DNA of 64,000 bases from Spirochaetota bacterium (GTDB lineage Bacteria > Spirochaetota > UBA4802 > UBA5550). Under the pieces are notes generated by a model. That model worked only from the letters and a program-made list of their open reading frames with translations. It had not been told where the DNA came from and did no database searches. A program made the translations under genes and the position numbers. This document shows, one piece after another, positions 56,347 to 64,000 of the stretch (the first letter of the stretch is position 1; each line of letters opens with the position of its first letter). The DNA lies in contig DAONFG010000005.1 in assembly GCA_035403465.1 (NCBI GenBank), positions 4,479 through 68,478 of the forward strand. Direction: 5' to 3'.

Positions 56347-57984
56347 TTAGTACATACCCGGCATTCCGCCCATTCCGCCACCGCCGCCCGGCATCATCTG
56401 TTTTTCATCTTCCTTATCAGTAATGAGGACCTCTGTTGTACAGAGCATTCCTGCTACTGATGCTGCGTTCTGGAGAGCTGACCTGACAACTTTTGCAGGG
56501 TCAATGATTCCGGCCTCCATCATATCCACCCATGTAAGTGTATATGCATTAAAACCTATGCCCGGTTTTTCCTCTTTAGCCTTCTCAACAACAACAGAAC
56601 CCTCAAGGCCTGCATTAGAAGCGATCTGCTTCATAGGAGATTCGATAGCACGCCCGATTATTTCTGCGCCGATTTTTTCATCGCCTGAAAGCTTTGAAGC
56701 AGCTTCTTTAACTGCTTTCTGTGCATGAATAAGTGTAAGTCCACCGCCGGGAACTATTCCCTCTTCAACAGCTGACCTTGTAGCAGAGAGTGCATCTTCA
56801 ACTCTTGCCTTCTTCTCTTTAAGTTCAACTTCAGTAGCCGCACCTACGTTTATAACAGCAACGCCGCCTGCAAGCTTTGCTTTTCTTTCCTGGAGTTTTT
56901 CTATGTCATATTCAGAAGATGAGTCTTCAATCTGTTTCTGAATCTGGGTGATTCTGCTCTTAACTTCGGCCTGTGCGCCGGCACCTTCAATAATAGTAGT
57001 ATTTTCTTTATCAACGATGATTTTCTTAGCCCTGCCAAGCTGGTTAATAGTTGTGTTTTCAAGTTTCATGCCCAGGTCTTCAGAGATCACCTGACCGCCT
57101 GTAAGTATGGCTAAATCTTCAAGCATAGCCTTTCTTCTATCGCCGAATCCCGGAGCCTTCACAGCTACGCAGCTTATGGTTTTTCTCAGTGTATTAACAA
57201 CAATTGTCGCAAGAGCTTCGCCTTCAACCTCTTCTGAAATTATAAGAAGCGGTTTTCCAGCCTGTGCTACTTTCTCAAGTACCGGAAGAAGATCTTTCAT
57301 TGTAGAGATCTTTTTGTCATGGATAAGGATAAGCGCATCCTGGAGAACTGCCTGCATTGATTCAGGATCATTCGCCATGTAGGGAGATATATATCCCCTG
57401 TCGAACTGCATACCCTCAACAACCTCAAGAGTTGTTTCTATTGATTTTGCCTCTTCAACAGTGATTACGCCGTCTTTACCGACTTTATCCATGGCATCAG
57501 CAATGAGATTTCCGATTTCCATGTCGTTGTTTGCAGAGATTGCAGCAACCTGAGCTATCTCTTTTTTATCCTTGATCTCCCTGGCAATCGAGGCAACAAA
57601 ATTTACTGCAGCTTCAACAGCTTTGTCTATACCTCTTTTAAGGTCCATGGGATTTGCACCTGCAGTTACATTCTTAAGGCTTTCCCTGTATATTGCAGCA
57701 GCAAGTATTGTAGCAGTTGTTGTACCGTCACCTGCAACATCATTTGTCTTAATCGCTACTTCTTTAACCATCTGTGCACCCATATTTTCGAACGAATCGT
57801 CAAGTTCGATTTCACGTGCGACAGTAACTCCATCCTTGGTTACAGTGGGTGCGCCGAATTTTTTATCGATCGCAACGTTTCTTCCCCTGGGCCCGAGTGT
57901 CACCTGTACTGCATCAGCAAGCTTTACTACACCTTCAAGGATAGCCCTTCTTGCTTCATCATTATACTTTAATATTTTTGACAT
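56347..57984 (-). CDS. groL: Chaperonin GroEL
   Basis: [32 protein letters not shown] tail. Confidence 0.99.
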   Translation of the reverse strand: MSKILKYNDEARRAILEGVVKLADAVQVTLGPRGRNVAIDKKFGAPTVTKDGVTVAREIELDDSFENMGAQMVKEVAIKTNDVAGDGTTTATILAAAIYRESLKNVTAGANPMDLKRGIDKAVEAAVNFVASIAREIKDKKEIAQVAAISANNDMEIGNLIADAMDKVGKDGVITVEEAKSIETTLEVVEGMQFDRGYISPYMANDPESMQAVLQDALILIHDKKISTMKDLLPVLEKVAQAGKPLLIISEEVEGEALATIVVNTLRKTISCVAVKAPGFGDRRKAMLEDLAILTGGQVISEDLGMKLENTTINQLGRAKKIIVDKENTTIIEGAGAQAEVKSRITQIQKQIEDSSSEYDIEKLQERKAKLAGGVAVINVGAATEVELKEKKARVEDALSATRSAVEEGIVPGGGLTLIHAQKAVKEAASKLSGDEKIGAEIIGRAIESPMKQIASNAGLEGSVVVEKAKEEKPGIGFNAYTLTWVDMMEAGIIDPAKVVRSALQNAASVAGMLCTTEVLITDKEDEKQMMPGGGGGMGGMPGMY

Positions 57985-58014
57985 ATTATATCACCTCTAT
58001 ACCTTGTCAGATTC

Positions 58015-58299
58015 TCAGTCAATTACTGCTAGAATATCATGTTCGCTAAGGATAAGGAAATCATTATCCTCATATTTAAGTTCAGTCCCGGCATATTTGC
58101 CAAACAGAACTTTGTCGCCAACCTTGACCCTCATGGGAATAAGGTCTTTCCCTTCATAATGACCGTCGCCGACTGCAACGATTTTACCGCGCTGGGGTCT
58201 TTCCTTGGCAGTGTCAGGCACATAAAGTGATCCCACTTTAGAAAATTCCTCTTCAATAATCTGTACAACTACTCTGTCACCAATAGGTTTTATAGCCAC
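58015..58299 (-). CDS. groS: Co-chaperonin GroES
   Basis: IKPIGDRV..PDTAKERPQRG..VGDKVLFGKYAG. Confidence 0.98.
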   Translation of the reverse strand: MAIKPIGDRVVVQIIEEEFSKVGSLYVPDTAKERPQRGKIVAVGDGHYEGKDLIPMRVKVGDKVLFGKYAGTELKYEDNDFLILSEHDILAVID

Positions 58300-58341
58300 A
58301 TTAGCCTCCTTATAAATAAAAAATATTTGGTAATTTACTTA

Positions 58342-58383
58342 TTGAATTGTTAGCACTCACCTTAACGAGTGCTAACAATTCAA
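58342..58383. promoter_or_regulatory. CIRCE element variant (8-nt spacer, 17-bp arms)
   Basis: TTAGCACTC (58350-58)-ACCTTAAC-GAGTGCTAA (58367-75); arms extend to TTGAATTGTTAGCACTC / GAGTGCTAACAATTCAA. Confidence 0.85.
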
Positions 58384-58411
58384 ACTATATAAATAGGAGT
58401 ATTTATTTCAA
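58384..58411 (-). promoter_or_regulatory. Putative sigma70 promoter of groESL
   Basis: Minus strand TTGAAA-16-TATAGT directly upstream of CIRCE. Confidence 0.5.
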
Positions 58412-58470
58412 GATTAATTTTTTGGTTTTTACTTATTTTTTTTAAATCGTAGAATTAACACTAATAAAAC

Positions 58471-58947
58471 CTATTTCGAAGATATATAATCTGATTTCCC
58501 GCCCTTTTTTTCAATTAATCTGCAGTCACCAATAACCATATCCTTGTCTACAGCCTTACACATATCATATACCGTAAGCGCAGCAACTGAAGCAGCAACA
58601 AGTGCCTCCATTTCCGCGCCAGTCTTCCCTGAAAGCCTGATTTCACTGGTAATATGAACCAATAAGTTCTTTTTATCAATCTCAAGGTCTACATTGATGT
58701 AATTCAACAATAGCGGATGGCACATCGGGATAAGTCCCGAAGTATTTTTGGCAGCCATGATACCTGCAATCCTGGCAACCTCAAAAACTTCACCTTTGGG
58801 CAGCAGTTTCTGTTCAATTGCGGTAATGGTATCACTTTTCATGAAAACAGAAGCTTCAGCTTTTGCACTTCTTTGTGTGATATCCTTGGAACTTATATCA
58901 ACCATTACCGACTTTCCGTCAGAATTATAATGAGAAAAATCATCCAT
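58471..58947 (-). CDS. moaC: Cyclic pyranopterin monophosphate synthase MoaC
   Basis: MVDISSK, LIPMCHPL, GAEMEAL, YDMCKAVD. Confidence 0.96.
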   Translation of the reverse strand: MDDFSHYNSDGKSVMVDISSKDITQRSAKAEASVFMKSDTITAIEQKLLPKGEVFEVARIAGIMAAKNTSGLIPMCHPLLLNYINVDLEIDKKNLLVHITSEIRLSGKTGAEMEALVAASVAALTVYDMCKAVDKDMVIGDCRLIEKKGGKSDYISSK

Positions 58948-58989
58948 TTAAATATCCGTTATTATACAATTTGAGTATTATTGAATAAA

Positions 58990-59739
58990 TCAGGCCTTTG
59001 ACCGGCCGGCAAACCTGAACAGGTACCTGAAAATACCCCATAAAATATAGATCATTGTCACAACAAATACAGCCCACGCCTTAAAGATTACAAGCAATGA
59101 AATAAAAACTACAGTCGTTATCAATATCGCAGACTTACCCTTTTTCCAGACATCAGAAAAAAACTTGGAGTAGTCTATATTGGACACCATCAGCAGTGCT
59201 GCAGCAATAAATAATACTATAAAAGGGGCCATCGGCATTTCAAAGAAAATCTGACCCAGCAGAAGATTATTTGAAATAAGAAGAGCGGGCACTATGCCCA
59301 CAATTATACCCGCTGCGGGAGATGGCAACCCTTTAAAACCTGTACCTGAATCCTGACAGTTAAACCTCGCAAGCCTGTATATTGCACATATAGGGAAAAG
59401 AACCGAAAGAAGTGCGCCTGTCCCTAAACCGTAAAATGCCGGCAGTTTATAGAAATATGCCGAATATGCCAGTATTCCCGGGGCAATTCCGTATGAAACC
59501 GCATCTGCAAGAGAATCGAGCTGCATACCAAGCTCGCTTTCAACATTAAGCGCCCTTGCAACAGCCCCGTCGACAGAGTCAAAAATACTCGCAACGAATA
59601 TCAAAGTACCCGCGATAATCAGTGTTTCAACATTACCCATTTGAGGGTCATAATTCGCAGAATAGAGGATTGAAAAGAATCCCGCTATCATGTTTCCCAT
59701 GGTTACCATGCTTGGAATCATCGATTTCTTTTTTATCAT
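58990..59739 (-). CDS. pssA: CDP-diacylglycerol--serine O-phosphatidyltransferase
   Basis: IPSMVT, DSVDGAVAR..GMQLDSLADAVSYG, RLARFN, FKGLPSP. Confidence 0.88.
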   Translation of the reverse strand: MIKKKSMIPSMVTMGNMIAGFFSILYSANYDPQMGNVETLIIAGTLIFVASIFDSVDGAVARALNVESELGMQLDSLADAVSYGIAPGILAYSAYFYKLPAFYGLGTGALLSVLFPICAIYRLARFNCQDSGTGFKGLPSPAAGIIVGIVPALLISNNLLLGQIFFEMPMAPFIVLFIAAALLMVSNIDYSKFFSDVWKKGKSAILITTVVFISLLVIFKAWAVFVVTMIYILWGIFRYLFRFAGRSKA

Positions 59740-59790
59740 ATCATTACCTGAATTTTTCTTTTTTTAATCAAAATATAAATATTGTGTGTG

Positions 59791-60924
59791 TCAAGACAAA
59801 TAAGCCTTTTCCGGGCCCTGAAAAGCTGTGCGCAGCCTGTTCCTGTTCTCCCTTCGGTCAAACGCCAGGGCTATAAGTTTATCAAGAAGTGTATCATATG
59901 CCAGTCCTGAAGATTGCCAGAGCTTTGGATACATACTGATACTTGTAAAACCCGGGAGTGTATTTATTTCATTAAGGAAGAACCTGCCGGTATCTTTGTC
60001 CAGAAAAAAATCGACTCTTGCCATGCCTGAACAGTTCAGCGCCAGGTAGGCGTTAATAGCCATGCGGCCCATCTCATCCGACTTTGTCTTATTTAGCTCT
60101 GCAGGTATAAGAAGCTCTGCACCGTCTGAATCAATATACTTTGCCTCGTACGAATAGAACTCATGGCGCGGCCTGATTTCGCCCGGTCCCGATACTTCAG
60201 GTTTTTCATTGCCAAGCACAGAAAACTCAATCTCGCGCGCATTAACAGCCTGTTCAACCAGTATAGTGCCGTCCCATTCAAAAGCTTCATCTATTGCGCG
60301 TGCAAGATCAGATGCATCCTTCACCTTACTGATTCCGACAGATGACCCTGCGTTGCACGGCTTTATGAAACAGGGAAATCCGAACTGTGCAGTAACCGAA
60401 TCTGTCACCTTTACCGGATTGTCAACCCAGTCAATATTTCGAACCTTAATCCATGGGACAACCGGAATCCCGGCATCGCGCAGGAGCCTCTTTGCTATAT
60501 CCTTGTCCATGCCAACTGCAGAACCGCAGACATCCGCCCCTACGTATGGGACCATGGCAAGTTCAAGCAACCCCTGCAGCGTACCGTCCTCACAGAATGT
60601 TCCGTGCACAACCGGGAAAATAACATCTACTTCAACTTCTGCATTATTCTCACAGTTTCGGATACAGAGCTTACCGTTACATTCATAATGATTAACTGTC
60701 CAGCTGCCGGTTTTATTCAGTTTAAGTATATTCCCAAAATCTTTATCTTCGACAACTTCGGGTTCATCCTGAACATGCCATCTGCCGTCGCGGTCAATAC
60801 CTATTGCAGTTACGTGGTACTTAGCCCTGTCAAGAAACCTGATCACCGAAGCGGCCGAGCACCTTGAAACATCATGCTCGCCCGATCGGCCGCCGTATAA
60901 AACCCCAACCCTTATCATAATCAC
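59791..60924 (-). CDS. ddl: D-alanine--D-alanine ligase (DdlA-like)
   Basis: GGRSGEHDVS, HGTFCEDG, GSSVG, FYSYEAKY (Tyr omega loop), NEINTLPG. Confidence 0.95.
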   Translation of the reverse strand: MIMIRVGVLYGGRSGEHDVSRCSAASVIRFLDRAKYHVTAIGIDRDGRWHVQDEPEVVEDKDFGNILKLNKTGSWTVNHYECNGKLCIRNCENNAEVEVDVIFPVVHGTFCEDGTLQGLLELAMVPYVGADVCGSAVGMDKDIAKRLLRDAGIPVVPWIKVRNIDWVDNPVKVTDSVTAQFGFPCFIKPCNAGSSVGISKVKDASDLARAIDEAFEWDGTILVEQAVNAREIEFSVLGNEKPEVSGPGEIRPRHEFYSYEAKYIDSDGAELLIPAELNKTKSDEMGRMAINAYLALNCSGMARVDFFLDKDTGRFFLNEINTLPGFTSISMYPKLWQSSGLAYDTLLDKLIALAFDRRENRNRLRTAFQGPEKAYLS

Positions 60925-62144
60925 TGCGCTTCAATAAATGTCTTATGAAGTACCTTCGCCGCAAGTTCGGCATAAATCGCGTCGATAACGCAGGATATTC
61001 CTATTTCAGAGGTAGATATCATCTCGATATTAATATTCTGTTCGGAGAATACACTGAACATCTTACCCGCGACACCGTAGGATGAAAGCATACCCACGCC
61101 AACGGCTGATACAATCGCTATATCCTCTTTATAGTCAATCGCCGTACCGCCGAATTCCCTGTTAAGCGCTTCACAAATCTCTGTAGTTTTTTTCAGGTCA
61201 TCTTTCTTCACAGTGAATGATATCGATGTCCTGTTGTCATGACCTGTTGACTGAACGATCATGTTGACATATATTTTTGATTTTCCAAGTTCATTGAACA
61301 GCTTCGCGGAAATTCCCGGCCTGTCAGGTATGTCGCGAACAGTAACTTTTGCCTCATCCTGCTTTGAAGTGATTCCGCTTACTACAAATTTTTCCATCAT
61401 CTCCTCCATGGGCATAACAATTGTCCCTTCTGCGTCTGAAAAGCTTGACCGCACATGCAGTTTTATGTTGAACTTCTTGGCAAACTCAACTGACCGTGAA
61501 TGGAGCACCCCTGCCCCGAGCCTTGCAAGTTCCAGCATTTCGTCGTAGCTGATCTCATTAAGTTTTCTTGGTGATTTTATTACACGCGGGTCAGCAGTGT
61601 ACACGCCGTCAACGTCAGTATATATTTCACAGTCCCGTGTCTTAAGTACCGCTGCAAGTGCTACAGCTGATGTGTCAGACCCGCCGCGTCCAAGCGTAAC
61701 AATATTTTCATCTTCATCAATTCCCTGGAAACCGGCAACTATGACCACCTTCCCTTCTGCCAGCGATTTTTTTATACGCTCTGTCGAGATGTCAGCTATC
61801 TTCGCATTGGAAAAGTTTCCATCTGTCCGCATCTTTATCTGTGAACCGGTATATGAAATAGCGTCCACACCTGTTTCATGCAGCGCAATCGCAAGAAGTG
61901 CAACAGAAACCTGTTCTCCGGTTGAGAGGAGCATGTCCATCTCACGTTTTGACGGATTCTTCGACAGCTCGTTCGCCAGCACTATGAGTTCATCAGTTGT
62001 CTTTCCCATCGCGGAAACTACAACAACCACAGAGTATCCCTTATCCCTGTAGCGTTTTATCCTTTCGGCAACAGCCTTTATTCTTTCCGGATTCTTTACC
62101 GAAGTGCCGCCGTATTTCTGTACTATAATTTTTTCTTCTGACAT
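60921..62144 (-). CDS. lysC: Aspartate kinase
   Basis: VQKYGGTSV, LGRGGSDTSA, DVDGVYTADPR; two ACT domains. Confidence 0.96.
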   Translation of the reverse strand: MSEEKIIVQKYGGTSVKNPERIKAVAERIKRYRDKGYSVVVVVSAMGKTTDELIVLANELSKNPSKREMDMLLSTGEQVSVALLAIALHETGVDAISYTGSQIKMRTDGNFSNAKIADISTERIKKSLAEGKVVIVAGFQGIDEDENIVTLGRGGSDTSAVALAAVLKTRDCEIYTDVDGVYTADPRVIKSPRKLNEISYDEMLELARLGAGVLHSRSVEFAKKFNIKLHVRSSFSDAEGTIVMPMEEMMEKFVVSGITSKQDEAKVTVRDIPDRPGISAKLFNELGKSKIYVNMIVQSTGHDNRTSISFTVKKDDLKKTTEICEALNREFGGTAIDYKEDIAIVSAVGVGMLSSYGVAGKMFSVFSEQNINIEMISTSEIGISCVIDAIYAELAAKVLHKTFIEAQ

Positions 62145-62169
62145 GTATATGACCTGAATATTTTATTTC

Positions 62170-63525
62170 TTAAGGAACAGTTACCGGAGTTTCAGAATTA
62201 ATAGAGTTCCAGCTACCAACAAAAAGTTCCCTGTTGTTTAAAGGGGCAGAATGATAATATATGTAATAGGTACCAGGTTGAACATTATTGAAGATATAAT
62301 TACCTGAACCATCGGCTACAGTTAAATAAGGAGCTATCCTGAAATTTTCCACTGAACCTTCATATGTTTCCCAAGCCGCGATATAATCGGTGAATGGATC
62401 TGATCCGGTATAATCATCATATTTATCATTCCAACTATATTTATATTCTTCATAATTACAATAATAATCAAGAACACTTTCAATGTGCGCCCCGGAATAA
62501 ACGGGTGCCACGGGTAAATCCGCCCATCCAACACTGGTTCTCAATGCAGAACCTGAACTAGTTATTGAATATAACTCTTCATTTGTATCGGGAATAGCCA
62601 TAACATAGCAATTAGCCGCAGACACGTCAGTACGAGTAATCGTGCCGGTCTTCCCCGGAACATACGCCCTTGCCACTGCATGTATATTCCGCCCCATATC
62701 ACTTTCATCAGCCCTTACATCGCGAAGCCAGTCAGAGAGACCGTAAAAATGGCACACCTTGAATATGCCTTCATCGTAGTAGTCGTATTCATACATCTTT
62801 ATAAAGTTCTTTATAACAATGCGTATTTCAAGAATCGTCTCATCATTGCTGCGGTCATAGTTCATTCCGCCGATTATCGGAATCTCAAGCGGATAGATTC
62901 TTATTGTGCTCGAAGCATTATCGTGCAGACTGTCCCAGTATGAATTAACCTGCAGGTTGTTAAAGTTAAAACCATATACATCATCTTCATGGAATATAAC
63001 CTGCGCCAATTCCTCAAAATCAAGAACAGTACCTGTACTCCGATATATCCTTGCTCCGTCAAATATCATTTTTCTTATATACAACTGTACAGTATTATAT
63101 GACCCATTCCCCGGATCATCATTTTTAAGAGTTATGCCCTTACCATCAAAAAATGGTTCCGAATCATTAAGAGGAATAGTAAGAACCTGCCTGTAATTAC
63201 CTATTGCTTTGCCATTTAATTTTATCTCTGATATATCAAACATAAATTTTGAAGGCATAAAATCATTATCAATAGATTCTTGGTCGGTAATTTTTTCATC
63301 GTCGACTGAATCATCTGCATATGATGCTGCTGGAACAGCAGGCGTAAAATCAAATGTATCGGTTACCGGGTCTTCACTCTCCAGTGTCCCCTTTATAACT
63401 ATCTTCAGCCTGTTTGTTGACAGCTCCGTAAAGATCGGTTCAGCACCGCATCCTGCAAATAAAAGCATTGCAAAGGCACTAAACAGTAGAATCTTGTACT
63501 TGTTTATATTCATTAAGCGCACCAT
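62170..63525 (-). CDS. Hypothetical surface lipoprotein
   Basis: Lipobox LFAGC; 451-aa ORF without a recognised domain; prealbumin-like C-terminal tail (DGSGNYIFNNVQPGTYYI). Confidence 0.7.
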   Translation of the reverse strand: MVRLMNINKYKILLFSAFAMLLFAGCGAEPIFTELSTNRLKIVIKGTLESEDPVTDTFDFTPAVPAASYADDSVDDEKITDQESIDNDFMPSKFMFDISEIKLNGKAIGNYRQVLTIPLNDSEPFFDGKGITLKNDDPGNGSYNTVQLYIRKMIFDGARIYRSTGTVLDFEELAQVIFHEDDVYGFNFNNLQVNSYWDSLHDNASSTIRIYPLEIPIIGGMNYDRSNDETILEIRIVIKNFIKMYEYDYYDEGIFKVCHFYGLSDWLRDVRADESDMGRNIHAVARAYVPGKTGTITRTDVSAANCYVMAIPDTNEELYSITSSGSALRTSVGWADLPVAPVYSGAHIESVLDYYCNYEEYKYSWNDKYDDYTGSDPFTDYIAAWETYEGSVENFRIAPYLTVADGSGNYIFNNVQPGTYYIYYHSAPLNNRELFVGSWNSINSETPVTVP

Positions 63526-64000
63526 TTACAGATTAAAATTAAAGTAGAGTGAAATTGCAGCATTGATGAAATGCCCGTTTTGAGTTGCACCGTTCATATA
63601 CTCCTCGTAAATGAAGAGATAATCAACCCGCAATGCTATATTTGCAAGTTTGCCCGCGGGGAACGACACTTCTGCCCCGACCATCAGCATCGGGTCCCAC
63701 TGGTTTATACCGTCAGGTTCCATGTACAGCTTGCACATTCCTGCCCCGGCCTTTCCCTGGAGCCGCACAGGCAGATCAATGGGCAGAAGGTAAAGGGCAT
63801 TCATGTAAACAGGGAACATAGTGAGCCCGTTAACACCCTTAGACTTGTATTCCTGGTATGAAGTATCCAGCCCGAGCTTGACTGAATCGAAAGGAAGATT
63901 ATACCTGAAGAATAAACCGACACCCATATCAGGCTCAAGAAGTTCACCGGTTTTCAGTATCGGAGTTACCGGTCCGTACCAGATACCAAGCTGCGGTTTA
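63526..64000 (-). CDS. Outer-membrane beta-barrel protein, 5'-truncated by window edge
   Basis: Frame stays open to 64000 (KPQLGIWYGPVTP..); amphipathic strands ending AISLYFNFNL. Confidence 0.75.
   Translation of the reverse strand, partial: KPQLGIWYGPVTPILKTGELLEPDMGVGLFFRYNLPFDSVKLGLDTSYQEYKSKGVNGLTMFPVYMNALYLLPIDLPVRLQGKAGAGMCKLYMEPDGINQWDPMLMVGAEVSFPAGKLANIALRVDYLFIYEEYMNGATQNGHFINAAISLYFNFNL

Noticed and set aside
26-63861. Numerous short antisense or alternative-frame ORFs in the track (e.g. 6548-7294, 48604-49173, 57572-58159)
   Set aside because: They lie within well-supported genes, lack motifs and RBSs, and are explained as shadow frames.
1-64000. CRISPR arrays, rRNA, tRNA, prophage or defence islands
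   Set aside because: No regularly spaced direct repeats, cloverleaf or rRNA signatures, phage structural genes or known defence genes were recognised; tRNAscan and CRISPR finders were not run.

Overview
64 kb of a diderm bacterial chromosome. Lipoprotein-rich gene content, TRL-like lipoproteins and CsgG/FlgO-like domains suggest a Spirochaetota-like organism; this is an inference, not a database result. The left ~37 kb is accessory: a FadL-like porin with a cadherin-repeat lipoprotein and TetR regulator, a TonB-dependent uptake operon, a cNMP-GGDEF gene pair, two HisKA_2 kinases, a RAYT-type HUH transposase with GGGTCAGAGC repeats, a radical SAM/patatin pair, an attenuator-controlled ilvBN, an AT-rich patch with decayed toxin-antitoxin genes, and an ECF sigma cassette. 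The right ~27 kb is mostly housekeeping: rluD, trpS, czcD/smtB-like, parAB, metG, ricT, holB, yaaR, groESL with a CIRCE variant, moaC, pssA, ddl, lysC. No rRNA, tRNA or CRISPR array was recognised by eye. The best candidate for an undescribed system is the translationally coupled cNMP-GGDEF pair at 11991-13924. One protein keeps the cNMP pocket but lost catalytic residues; the other keeps GGDEF but lost the cNMP Arg and has an altered guanine-specificity residue. All family assignments come from motif recognition, not searches.
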